From IMG/VR virus record IMGVR_UViG_3300008116_000004: a stretch of 64,000 bases of DNA, one strand, 5' to 3'. The DNA comes from a virus. Shown here in pieces: positions 29,259 through 38,063 of the stretch. The notes beneath the pieces were generated by a model. That model ran no database searches. It saw only the letters and a program-made list of their open reading frames with translations, and was not told the origin of the DNA. The translations under genes were made by a program, and so were the position numbers. How positions within the stretch are numbered: the first letter of the stretch is position 1; each line of letters starts with the position of its first letter.

Positions 29259-29902
29259 AGTTTAGCCTCAGGTGAAATTAAATGAACATCTTTATGCTGT
29301 TTAAAGTTATGATGATCTACATGAGGTGTAGCATGCATACCCTCTAGAGTCTTACCTTCATACTTTGTATGGACAGCAACTCCAATTTTTGAGTTAACAG
29401 CTTTCTTACCTTCTTCTGATCCTTTATGAATAGAATAGGTAATAGTATTTGGTTTAAAACTTACTTTGTGATCAGTATGATGCATCTCATCATGTGAGTG
29501 CATAAAGTCACCCTGGTAAACACCCTTCTTAGGAGTTACCTTAGGAAGATGTTCTAATGCTTGTCCTAATTTCTTTGCAAGACCAGGTGAATGACCGTGG
29601 TTCTTTTCTATATCTGAATGTGAATAATTAATCTTAGGATTCTTATTAAATGCTGACTTAGATGCAACGAAGAACTTACCTGACTCTGGATGATGTCCAA
29701 ATACTACAGAAGGTGAACCATCTAGTTTAGTTGTAATATGAGAAGAATGTTTTTGACCTTTTAATGCCTTATGAACATCATGTAAAGCATGAAATGCATG
29801 TGTAAAGCCTTGATGAGACAATACTGCATTATCTTCGGGGTGATCTAGATGCTTTAATTTAGCACCTGCTTCTTCTGTAATATAAGTTAAAAAAGTTAAC
29901 AT
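29255..29902 (-). CDS. His-rich protein, N-terminal half of a DUF6267-like family (ligase/nucleotidyltransferase-like KxDG)
   Basis: MLTFLTYITEE, HLDHPED, TTKLDGSPS, FFVASKS, QGDFM, FKPNTITY. Confidence 0.65.
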   Translation of the reverse strand: MLTFLTYITEEAGAKLKHLDHPEDNAVLSHQGFTHAFHALHDVHKALKGQKHSSHITTKLDGSPSVVFGHHPESGKFFVASKSAFNKNPKINYSHSDIEKNHGHSPGLAKKLGQALEHLPKVTPKKGVYQGDFMHSHDEMHHTDHKVSFKPNTITYSIHKGSEEGKKAVNSKIGVAVHTKYEGKTLEGMHATPHVDHHNFKQHKDVHLISPEAKL

Positions 29903-29903
29903 T

Positions 29904-30581
29904 TTACTTCTTTAAGAATGATGGATCTTTCTCAAGATCATGTGATGACTTATCGGCATTTTTTAAACTCATAACAATAAGAGCACCGTATTTTCTCTTA
30001 CCAGTTGCTTTATCTGTGCTTCTTGCTTTCATACGTGCTCTAAGTTGTGTGTCACCAGATAGTTCAGGCACACCTGTTTTAGCAACATCTTTACCAGTAT
30101 GATAAGTTCCATGACCACCGATATGAATGTATGGTGTTTTTCTATCTTGACCATAATGAGCCTGAATACCTGCAGAACCTTTTTCTGTATGATACACATT
30201 ACCCATCTTAAGATCTTTGTGATAATCACCAGAAGGTTTACCCCATTGCTTATTCACATGATGGAGAAATCCTGACTTCTCAATATGTGCAGCTGTTGCA
30301 GGATATTTTTCTTTAGATTTTTCACTAATATGCCAACCCTTATCTGGGTGATGATGGAGTTCTAATTGACCCATCATAGCATTCTTATCTTTCTTAATTT
30401 CAAGATTATGATTTTTACCACCAACATGGATACTTGAATCTGGAGCATCACCACTCGAACCGGCAGATGTGTGTCCAGGTGTTAATACACCATGTTTTTC
30501 TAGATGCTTGTTAATCTTTTCTTCATAATCAAAGCCGCCTTTGGCATGTGCTTCTGTAATAAAAGAGAGGAAAGTATGCAT
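29904..30581 (-). CDS. His-rich PD-(D/E)XK-like putative internal head protein
   Basis: Start revised to MHTFLSFITE (GGAGA SD); APD...LEIK nuclease-like motif. Confidence 0.5.
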   Translation of the reverse strand: MHTFLSFITEAHAKGGFDYEEKINKHLEKHGVLTPGHTSAGSSGDAPDSSIHVGGKNHNLEIKKDKNAMMGQLELHHHPDKGWHISEKSKEKYPATAAHIEKSGFLHHVNKQWGKPSGDYHKDLKMGNVYHTEKGSAGIQAHYGQDRKTPYIHIGGHGTYHTGKDVAKTGVPELSGDTQLRARMKARSTDKATGKRKYGALIVMSLKNADKSSHDLEKDPSFLKK

Positions 30582-30620
30582 AGGATTCTCCAGATAGTTT
30601 ATATGATATTTATCCAAACA

Positions 30621-30647
30621 AAAAAGAGGGTATTTCTACCCTCTTTT
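30621..30647 (-). terminator. Intrinsic terminator
   Basis: aaaaagagggta-tttc-taccctctttt. Confidence 0.7.
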
Positions 30648-30667
30648 CTAGGAGATTACTTGTAATA

Positions 30668-30883
30668 TTACAGTCCTATCATCTTAGAACTGTAACTAAA
30701 TGAACCTTTGAAATCAGTACGTAGCCATTCTTCTAGAATCTCGAAACGAAGAGCAGAATCAGACTCACCAGCATTCTCGAGATCAGTCTTTGCTTTCTTA
30801 CAGAATTCTACTAAAGACTTGTACGAAATCTTATCTGAATCTGAAAGAGCAGCCTTATGGGTCTTAGCATTACGTTGAAACAT
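30668..30883 (-). CDS. Hypothetical protein
   Basis: GGAGG SD; own upstream CAGTTGAT promoter. Confidence 0.6.
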   Translation of the reverse strand: MFQRNAKTHKAALSDSDKISYKSLVEFCKKAKTDLENAGESDSALRFEILEEWLRTDFKGSFSYSSKMIGL

Positions 30884-30943
30884 AGGAAAGCCTCCATTAC
30901 CTATAATATGATAATAGAGGCTTCTTATTAAAAAATCAACTGA

Positions 30944-31867
30944 TTAGTTTACACTTGAGAGAGTCTTCTTGACTTCTGCTTTCTGTGCAGCTGTCAATGG
31001 AATATAGTCAAGTGCTTCTGCATCCTTATCGTGTGCAAGTCCGTATTCAAAGAACTTCTTTGCAATTGCAACTGCAGCTGCATCATCGTTCTGCTTGTGC
31101 ATTACGATATATGAAGTTGCAACCATTGGCCAAGTTGACTGGAATGCTTTAAGACCTGGTGATACCTTCTTACCATCTGTACCAATCATATCAGCAACTT
31201 GTAGGTCGTTTTGCTTGGCAAATGCATACTCGACGTAACCGATCGAACCATTAGTTTGGTATACATTATTTGCAACACCATCATTTCCTTTACCACCGAT
31301 TGTGTTACCAGCCCATTCTACAGTTGAACCAAAACCGTAGTTCTTCTTCCAATCAGCATTTGCTTCAGAAAGAAACTTTGTGAAGTTCCAAGTTGTACCT
31401 GAACCATCTGAACGACGAATCTTAATGATACCGAGATCAGGAAGCTTTACGCCAGGATTGATTTCTGCAATTTCTTTATCATTCCACTTTGTAATTTTAC
31501 CTGAATAAATCTTTGCTAGGATGTCAGCAGTAAGAGTAAGGCGTTCTACATCTTTAAGATTAAAGATAGGAACGATACCACCAACGATCATAGGAAACTG
31601 TACTTGACCTTTCTTTTCAAGGTCTTCTGGCTTTACTGGAATGTCAGTTGCACCAAATATTACTGTCTTTGCATCAATCTGCTTGATACCTGCACCAGAA
31701 CCAACTCCCTGATAATTTACAGCGTTGTTAGTTTCTTTCTTAAAGCTATCTGCCCACTTTACATAAATTGGTTGTGGAAAAGTAGCACCTGCACCATTAA
31801 CTTCACCTGCAAAGGCTGAAGTAGCGATAAACATAGATCCGATTACGGCAAGAATGTTCTTTAACAT
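30944..31867 (-). CDS. pstS: Phosphate ABC transporter periplasmic binding protein
   Basis: Signal peptide, GAGATFP, GSGAG, RSDGSGTT, GNDGVA, IGYVEY. Confidence 0.95.
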   Translation of the reverse strand: MLKNILAVIGSMFIATSAFAGEVNGAGATFPQPIYVKWADSFKKETNNAVNYQGVGSGAGIKQIDAKTVIFGATDIPVKPEDLEKKGQVQFPMIVGGIVPIFNLKDVERLTLTADILAKIYSGKITKWNDKEIAEINPGVKLPDLGIIKIRRSDGSGTTWNFTKFLSEANADWKKNYGFGSTVEWAGNTIGGKGNDGVANNVYQTNGSIGYVEYAFAKQNDLQVADMIGTDGKKVSPGLKAFQSTWPMVATSYIVMHKQNDDAAAVAIAKKFFEYGLAHDKDAEALDYIPLTAAQKAEVKKTLSSVN

Positions 31868-31885
31868 GTTAACTCCTGAGTTAAT

Positions 31886-31915
31886 AAAAAAGGGACGAGA
31901 TTTCTCCCGTCCCTT
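31886..31915 (-). terminator. Intrinsic terminator between the OMP gene and pstS
   Basis: Minus strand GGGACGGGA-GAAA-TCTCGTCCC followed by TTTTTT. Confidence 0.7.
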
Positions 31916-31930
31916 ATATAGATCCCTAGT

Positions 31931-31988
31931 ATGAAAGTTTTATGAAATTTCACGTTTTTATGAAAGATTTATAAAACTTTTTCAAACT
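31931..31988 (-). promoter_or_regulatory. Tandem Pho-box-like repeats upstream of pstS
   Basis: Minus strand ATTTCAT-AAAA-CTTTCAT and GTTTTAT-AAAT-CTTTCAT; 11-bp spaced half-sites resembling CTGTCAT-N4-CTGTCAT. Confidence 0.7.
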
Positions 31989-31994
31989 ATTTTA

Positions 31995-32633
31995 TTAGAA
32001 ATTAAGTGCATAACCTACTGTTACTGAATCTCCAGTAGAAGTCCAGCTCTTGTCATATGAACGAGCTGCTGAAATGTTTACTGATTGATCCTTAGCAAAC
32101 TTGTAAGTCAAGCCTGTACCAACTTGTTGTGACTCATAGCTGTAAGCAGCATCGAATGAGTTACGATAACGATAGTTGGCAGCATTGATAACAATGTTAT
32201 CAGTAAGACTGTAGTCCATACCTGCACGAAGTGCATAGTAGCCATAATTGGCACCACTGGTAAATCTTTGACCAATGCCTGCACCAGCCTTAGCAGTAAA
32301 ACCAGCAAAAACTGGAAGCTTATAGCCAGCTTGTGCTTCAATAGTCTGCTTCAATGCTCCGGCATCAGCTGCCTGTGATGTTCCAGCAGCAACGCCTGCT
32401 GAAAAGCCACCGCCGAGATTACGTGAGTATGCTACAGAATAGTTAGTAGCAGTTGACTTGCTATATTCACCTGTGTTATAGTCGAAACCATATCCAGCTG
32501 AAATCGTATTGTCTGCAGATGCTGCAGGTGCTGCTGCAGTTGCTGCAGGAGCGGCCTTCTTATTAGGAAGGTCTGTAGCATATGCGCCAGTTGCAAAAGC
32601 AATAGCGGCTGCAGTAATAAGTAGCTTCTTCAT
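31995..32633 (-). CDS. Outer-membrane beta-barrel protein (porin-like)
   Basis: Signal peptide then ATDLPNKKAAPA (rhizobial OMP-like), alternating aromatic strands, C-terminal Phe. Confidence 0.75.
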   Translation of the reverse strand: MKKLLITAAAIAFATGAYATDLPNKKAAPAATAAAPAASADNTISAGYGFDYNTGEYSKSTATNYSVAYSRNLGGGFSAGVAAGTSQAADAGALKQTIEAQAGYKLPVFAGFTAKAGAGIGQRFTSGANYGYYALRAGMDYSLTDNIVINAANYRYRNSFDAAYSYESQQVGTGLTYKFAKDQSVNISAARSYDKSWTSTGDSVTVGYALNF

Positions 32634-32660
32634 TAATTACTCCTTGGTTAAAGTTATGGG

Positions 32661-33158
32661 TTAGCCTTCAACAATTAAATTATGTCCAGTGAGCTTTTCT
32701 TGTCTCGTCCACTGGATTACTAACCCGATTGCACGTCCGTGGGCTTCGATTTCCCATGGCGTATCCCAATAATCGACCTTTGCAGTATCAACGTATTTGC
32801 CGTTGAACTTGTAGACCTTCGGTCTACTACAAAGCTCGTAGTACTCTCCTTTAGCCCATTGCTTGACGTGTACTAGCTCATGAGCTAAGGTATTTAGCAG
32901 AAGAGATATCTTTTGATTAGGATCTATTTGTATAGTAAACTCACGAGAATTGCGATGGGTATCTTCCCATATACAATTTCCGTACTGATTTTGATTTTTA
33001 AACAAGTCTTTCTTAAAATGTATGTCAATAATTAACTTATCACGCATATATTTTGTAAAAAACTTCTTAAGGACAAAATTAGTAAGACTCTTTAACTTAC
33101 TATAATCACTCTTAGAAACATACTTAGCATTATGAAACTTAATCATGAATACCTCCAA
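32661..33158 (-). CDS. Zincin metallopeptidase-like protein
   Basis: LAHELVHVKQ, PWEIEA. Confidence 0.75.
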   Translation of the reverse strand: MEVFMIKFHNAKYVSKSDYSKLKSLTNFVLKKFFTKYMRDKLIIDIHFKKDLFKNQNQYGNCIWEDTHRNSREFTIQIDPNQKISLLLNTLAHELVHVKQWAKGEYYELCSRPKVYKFNGKYVDTAKVDYWDTPWEIEAHGRAIGLVIQWTRQEKLTGHNLIVEG

Positions 33159-33176
33159 TAACTAATATTAGTATGT

Positions 33177-33842
33177 TCAGTTATTAAAATCAATAAGATT
33201 ATCTAGTGAAGGATATATTTTTATAAGTTCGTTCCAGCATTCTAATGCTATAAGTTGATGTTCTTTCTGGGTACCATTTGCACATCTTAACTGACAATAA
33301 TGTATCCAAGAACGCACAGAACCAGCCATATAGAGACGACTAACAGTAAGTCCTTCTGGGAGTACTGCTCTTGCTTGTTCTTTTGCAATTCCGTTATCGA
33401 TTGCCCATTTGTATGCAATGTTTGCTGCATCAATGACGTATTGTTGTCGCCCTGTCCATTGAAATGATAGGTCGTCGTTGTTTGCTTCAATTGAGTTTTG
33501 TCTGTTTTTTGTATCTTGGAGACGGGCTTCACGGACTGTGAATCCGAGATCATCGGTCGGATCTGCATATCTTTGCGAGAATTCCTGGAAAGAAAATGAA
33601 CGGTGTCGTAAAATTTGTCTAGCGATATCACGAGTCGTATTAATCTCCATAGTAACATGAGCCATCTCAAAAGGTGACCAATGTTTATGTTTTACCAAAT
33701 ACTTAAGAAGACGATCTGATGTTTCTGTATTATGTTGATTTGATGGGTTAGAGACTCTTGCAACATATGCAATGAAATCACTAGGATTCATAGTATTGTT
33801 TTCGTCAGCAAGTTGGGTGTACGCTACTACTTTTACTGACAT
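33177..33842 (-). CDS. thyX: Flavin-dependent thymidylate synthase
   Basis: HWSPFE, RHRSFSFQEFSQRY, EQARAVLP. Confidence 0.95.
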   Translation of the reverse strand: MSVKVVAYTQLADENNTMNPSDFIAYVARVSNPSNQHNTETSDRLLKYLVKHKHWSPFEMAHVTMEINTTRDIARQILRHRSFSFQEFSQRYADPTDDLGFTVREARLQDTKNRQNSIEANNDDLSFQWTGRQQYVIDAANIAYKWAIDNGIAKEQARAVLPEGLTVSRLYMAGSVRSWIHYCQLRCANGTQKEHQLIALECWNELIKIYPSLDNLIDFNN

Positions 33843-33843
33843 A

Positions 33844-34137
33844 TCAGTCTCTCAAAAAGTCATAAGACTTAATCATGATAGATTCTTTAACTGGATAAAA
33901 GTCATTACCATTCACACCCTGCATAATATAATCACCATAGTATGCCTTCATTGCACCCTCAAGAGTCATAATTAACACACAAGGTTCATCATCACGATCG
34001 AGATGAGTAATAAATGCTTTATTATCAGACCATTTACGCAATTCCTCATCTGTTAGTTCAGGAGTAAATTGTATTGCTTTTTGAATAAATGGTTTCTTTT
34101 TTACAATATATTCATGAATCATTTTTAATACTCTCAA
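33844..34137 (-). CDS. PGDYG-like hypothetical protein
   Basis: TLEG...GDYI..GV.G..YPVK. Confidence 0.6.
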   Translation of the reverse strand: MRVLKMIHEYIVKKKPFIQKAIQFTPELTDEELRKWSDNKAFITHLDRDDEPCVLIMTLEGAMKAYYGDYIMQGVNGNDFYPVKESIMIKSYDFLRD

Positions 34138-34333
34138 TCATTTTAACTACATCTTTAGGAGATTGTTCTACTTCCCATTGAACACCAGTATATCCACCAA
34201 ATACAAATGTCTTAAGACTACCACCTGGTTGAGGTGCTGCATCATAGACTGCTGTAATATGATCAACATTAATGTAGATTGGATTACCTTTGTGTGCTTC
34301 TACATCATTAGTCAATCTAATAAATTTTGCCAT
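34112..34333 (-). CDS. FlbD/SwrD-like small protein
   Basis: FIRLT...PIYINVDHI...V.QSP pattern. Confidence 0.45.
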   Translation of the reverse strand: MAKFIRLTNDVEAHKGNPIYINVDHITAVYDAAPQPGGSLKTFVFGGYTGVQWEVEQSPKDVVKMIESIKNDS

Positions 34334-34361
34334 AATATATCCTTTGTTAATAAAATGGTAA

Positions 34362-34444
34362 TGGTAGGCGCGGCCGGACTTGAACCGGCAAGCCGAAGCA
34401 ACGAATTTTAAGTCCGTCGAGTTTACCTATTTCTCCACGCGCCC
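34362..34444 (-). tRNA. tRNA-Leu(TAA)
   Basis: Cloverleaf with long V-arm, loop CT-TAA-AA, encoded CCA. Confidence 0.93.
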
Positions 34445-34446
34445 AT

Positions 34447-34523
34447 TGGCGATCACGCCTGGACTCGAACCAGGACTCTGCCGCTTAGAAGGCGGCTGCT
34501 TTGTCCAGTTAAGCTACGTGACC
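34447..34523 (-). tRNA. tRNA-Arg(TCT)
   Basis: GCCGC-CT-TCT-AA-GCGGC; CCA. Confidence 0.95.
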
Positions 34524-34526
34524 ATC

Positions 34527-34820
34527 TCAATAAAGATTAATGTTTAATTTTTCACGAAAGTATTTTTTAAGTTCTTTTTCAAAGAACTCTGGTGAAGTTG
34601 TCATATAAGTTGTATATAGTTTTGTAATATCGTCATCTTTATGATGAAGTTTACCGTATACAGTATAGCCTCGTTCTTGAACTATATCAATAAGATCTTG
34701 ATCTTTTGTACCCGGTTCATAAACAACAAAGCCACGACTTTTAAGCTCATCTACTAGATCATAGTCATCAATATCATCTAAGTCAAAATCAACATCAACT
34801 GTTTGTGTAATAGTTGGCAT
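34527..34820 (-). CDS. Hypothetical protein
   Basis: Internal repeat DLVDELKSRGFVVY / DLIDIVQERGYTVY. Confidence 0.55.
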   Translation of the reverse strand: MPTITQTVDVDFDLDDIDDYDLVDELKSRGFVVYEPGTKDQDLIDIVQERGYTVYGKLHHKDDDITKLYTTYMTTSPEFFEKELKKYFREKLNINLY

Positions 34821-34821
34821 A

Positions 34822-35067
34822 TCACTTGTACCTTTTGTTTATCTCATCAATCCTAATATTAAGATACTCTATAATGAAATCTTTTGCAACTGATTTTTCA
34901 AAGTATATCTTGGCATAGTTAAGTTCATCAACAAAGGCAGCTTTTTTCATCTGATCTACTGAATAATTATAAGGCAGATCAGTCCCAGAGTGCCTCAAAG
35001 TACTTGCCGAAAAGCCTAAATCCGTTTGATTTTCTTGCATTCCACTTCTCCCAGCCTTCTTTGTCAA
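34822..35067 (-). CDS. Hypothetical protein (start uncertain)
   Basis: ORF track; overlaps the upstream gene. Confidence 0.4.
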   Translation of the reverse strand: MTKKAGRSGMQENQTDLGFSASTLRHSGTDLPYNYSVDQMKKAAFVDELNYAKIYFEKSVAKDFIIEYLNIRIDEINKRYK

Positions 35068-35563
35068 ACTTATGTGTATGATTAGGACCTTCTACCATTT
35101 CCCAATAATGTTCTTTCTTGGGTTTAGACTCTGGTGTTTCACCCATCTTATATAAAGTTTCGTCTAATACATTACCTTCAATATCCACTTTTCTCCAGAG
35201 TATATCTGTTTCACCTGTATGAAACTGATCATCTGCTCTATCATCAATCTTTTGTGCAAATGCCCAGATCATCTCATCAAGCACCCAATCCCAACGTTTA
35301 TGAAAATTATCATCAGTATCATATTCGTTCTTTTTAGGAGGTGCAGATGAAGAACGAAGTTCTTCTGGGACATCCTCGTCATCGACTAATGGTGCACCAT
35401 GCTTTGTTGCTTGAAGCTGAACAAGTAAAGGGTGAATGATAATAGAAAGAGTATGATCCATTGACCATGTATCCCACTTATCAATCTGAATTTTTATCTT
35501 ACGTTCAGCACCAAATTTTCTAGGGTATTTTCCAAGTGATACTTTCATCAGAATACAATCCAC
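34979..35563 (-). CDS. Conserved T4-like hypothetical protein
   Basis: WDTWSMDHTL, RWDWVLDEMIWAF, GFRLFGKYF..LWD. Confidence 0.7.
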   Translation of the reverse strand: MDCILMKVSLGKYPRKFGAERKIKIQIDKWDTWSMDHTLSIIIHPLLVQLQATKHGAPLVDDEDVPEELRSSSAPPKKNEYDTDDNFHKRWDWVLDEMIWAFAQKIDDRADDQFHTGETDILWRKVDIEGNVLDETLYKMGETPESKPKKEHYWEMVEGPNHTHKFDKEGWEKWNARKSNGFRLFGKYFEALWD

Positions 35564-36327
35564 CCGTTTTCTTCATCTATCATATACTTGTCGGTATTCT
35601 TCAACCCCTTGATAAAACCATTAGGAGGGATCATATTATATCTAGCAGTTTTATCATCTGGTTGTGTATGAGATTTCTTTTGTTCTACTGGTACAATAAC
35701 TGGTGCAGGATCTACAACATACATCGGCATCCTAAAAAGATTACGAACACCCATAATATGATCGATAGAAAGACCTAAGATATGATAACCTTGATTTTTT
35801 TGTTCATTATAATTTAAGAGAGTTTGTAGGCAGTTTCTTGCTGTATTAGGAGTTATTGCATAAGCATGCGTGCCTTCAAATTTTTCTATCTGTACTCTTG
35901 TAAATGGTTCATCGATACATTCATAGTCATCTCTATGATCAACTCTGTAACCTAAAAACAACCATTCATTATCTTGTACATCTGCATCTAAAAAGTTACG
36001 CTTAACAATAGCATCGTGCTCAAATACTGCTACTGCTCCTGTATGTTCTGATGCAATCTTTTTCCATATAGAAAGGTGGCCTGTCAGACACAATTGTTCT
36101 TTAAACCATATATTAAGAACATCGTTTGTTGCTTCATGACCGTCAACTCGAGGATCTACTTTAAATCCCCAGTTGTCATATATTTCTTTTGTTGTGGTAG
36201 GAAGTTTCATACCTTTAAAAGGTGTAACAGGGATGCCATGCTCTTCACAAGATTTCTTACACTCCTCCATATACTTTATAGCATCAGGAGTATCAATGTA
36301 TAAAATATAAGCATGCTCAATTTTCAT
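35548..36327 (-). CDS. Glycosyltransferase (GT25-like)
   Basis: CLTGHLSIWKKI, VFEHDA, GTHAYAITP. Confidence 0.7.
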   Translation of the reverse strand: MKIEHAYILYIDTPDAIKYMEECKKSCEEHGIPVTPFKGMKLPTTTKEIYDNWGFKVDPRVDGHEATNDVLNIWFKEQLCLTGHLSIWKKIASEHTGAVAVFEHDAIVKRNFLDADVQDNEWLFLGYRVDHRDDYECIDEPFTRVQIEKFEGTHAYAITPNTARNCLQTLLNYNEQKNQGYHILGLSIDHIMGVRNLFRMPMYVVDPAPVIVPVEQKKSHTQPDDKTARYNMIPPNGFIKGLKNTDKYMIDEENGWIVF

Positions 36328-36345
36328 AGGTCACCTATTATAAAA

Positions 36346-36420
36346 TGGTTGCGGGGGATGGAGTTGAACCACCGACCTTCGGATTATGAGTCCGACGCTC
36401 TTCCTCTGCGCTACCCCGCG
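36346..36420 (-). tRNA. Initiator tRNA-fMet(CAT)
   Basis: CGCGGGG start, C1:A72 mismatch, CT-CAT-AA loop. Confidence 0.9.
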
Positions 36421-36618
36421 TCAACTTTGTTTATGTGATCTCTTGTACCACTTACACCAGCCTTCAGGATCAATATCACCTGCTACTGCTGTACACTTAT
36501 TAGGTTCTCTCCACATTGTGCAATTTTTACAAATTTGCCCTTCATGTGGGTGTGCTTGATAACTAGCTTCTTGTTTAGATGCTTTTTCTTCGTTAAGAAA
36601 TTCTGTAAAGCTTTTCAT
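36421..36618 (-). CDS. High-potential iron-sulfur protein (HiPIP) with capsid-targeting-like N-terminus
   Basis: YQ..P...QICKNC..W...KC.AV.GDI.P.GWC.WY: four Cys in HiPIP spacing; leader MKSFTEFLNEE. Confidence 0.82.
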   Translation of the reverse strand: MKSFTEFLNEEKASKQEASYQAHPHEGQICKNCTMWREPNKCTAVAGDIDPEGWCKWYKRSHKQS

Positions 36619-37013
36619 TAAGCATCTCTTGAAATATAATGCATACGAACTTTTTCTGGCTTAAAATATTTGTCTACTGTTTCAATTACTGTATCATTAT
36701 TAAACGGTTTACATGAAAAAACATCAATATAAAAATTACCGTTTGACTCAACAAAATGACCTGTAATGTTTGATGTCTCAATCATCTGGCAAAAAGAAAT
36801 ACCTGACTTAGAAAGATCATGAGTAGCGAAACGTTCAATCCAAGGTTCACCGAAGGCAACCATATCGATAGCAACTACTAGTTCCTTAATAAACTTATAG
36901 ACGTTATCTTTAGAACTAATTAGTTCTTTATCACCATTTGTACAATCAAGTAAAAGATGGTAGCCCCATGTATCTTTCATTCTGGTTTCCTTTTCTGGGT
37001 AAATGTAAAACAT
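36618..37013 (-). CDS. speD: S-adenosylmethionine decarboxylase-like proenzyme
   Basis: WGYHLLLDC, GIS..QMIETSNITGHF, YIDVFSCK. Confidence 0.75.
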   Translation of the reverse strand: MFYIYPEKETRMKDTWGYHLLLDCTNGDKELISSKDNVYKFIKELVVAIDMVAFGEPWIERFATHDLSKSGISFCQMIETSNITGHFVESNGNFYIDVFSCKPFNNDTVIETVDKYFKPEKVRMHYISRDA

Positions 37014-37019
37014 TATTTA

Positions 37020-37532
37020 TTACCCTGCTTTCTTAACAGGTCTACGAATATCAACTACTTGACTGGCTGGGTAAGAAGATATTTTAACTGAATCATCTTG
37101 ATTACCACCTAATAATTGAATATACTTTTCACCATTCTCAACATGATAACCATAAAAGAATGCAACATGTCTACCACTACCACCTGTTCTTCTAAGAAGA
37201 ACTATATCACCTGGTTGTGGTTCTTTTACCTTACTACCGTAGTTATGATAACTAGATGCTAACAAACTATTAGTAGAGTGATAACCTGTTTGTTCTAATA
37301 CAAAATTAATAAACCCAGCACACCAAGGCGTCTGCACCGGGTCTATCTCTAAAATTTCTTTTAGCTCTTTTCTATTCTTTCTAGCTTCGTAGCCATTGTA
37401 TCCCATGGCTACCTTTAATATATCTGGCTGCTTAGCAAACATACCGTTGAAATCAACAGAGAATGTTAATTCAAATGCTAACGCCTTGACAGGTAACAGA
37501 CATATGAGTAGAGTTGCTAGAAATTTTTTCAT
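37020..37532 (-). CDS. TIGR02594/NlpC-P60-like cell-wall peptidase
   Basis: Signal peptide, TPWCAGFIN, PGDIV, HVAFF, LGGNQ. Confidence 0.8.
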   Translation of the reverse strand: MKKFLATLLICLLPVKALAFELTFSVDFNGMFAKQPDILKVAMGYNGYEARKNRKELKEILEIDPVQTPWCAGFINFVLEQTGYHSTNSLLASSYHNYGSKVKEPQPGDIVLLRRTGGSGRHVAFFYGYHVENGEKYIQLLGGNQDDSVKISSYPASQVVDIRRPVKKAG

Positions 37533-37999
37533 TGTAAATGGGTAAGCATTTTTCTGCAGTATGCGGTCTTATTCGATCTTGGAACCTGACCACTGCTATA
37601 AAACGATGCTGCTTTGCAGATATCGTTGTTCGTTCTATCCAAAGCATAACGAAGATATGCCATGCTATACTCTAAGTTAACTTCAGGCTTGTAAAGTTCA
37701 GTACACTTACCCTTAAATCCCTCTGACTTCGCGGTACCACAGCGAATTTGACCAAGGCCAATTTCACCTAGTTTACCGGTAGCATTGGGATCATAATTTG
37801 ATTCCAGACTGACAATAGCATGCGCTAAGTCTTTTGGAACATTATGTCTTTCTGCGATTATATCTACTAGTAATTGTATATCCGATTTATTAAACGATGT
37901 ATTTTTCGATGTATTAGCGCCGTATGATGCAGAAGACATACTAACCCCTATTACGAGGGCTAATAGTACTTTCTTCATTTTTCTTCCTTTGGTTGACAC
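37529..37999 (-). CDS. Lytic transglycosylase (SLT domain)
   Basis: AIVSLESNYDPNA, GLGQI, NLEYSMAYL; signal peptide from MKKVLL. Confidence 0.85.
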   Translation of the reverse strand: MSTKGRKMKKVLLALVIGVSMSSASYGANTSKNTSFNKSDIQLLVDIIAERHNVPKDLAHAIVSLESNYDPNATGKLGEIGLGQIRCGTAKSEGFKGKCTELYKPEVNLEYSMAYLRYALDRTNNDICKAASFYSSGQVPRSNKTAYCRKMLTHLQ

Positions 38000-38063
38000 A
38001 AAGGCTTCTAACCTTGTGCTTCTCGTGCTAGAAGGAGCACGATTGAATATTTATTTTATTTGA

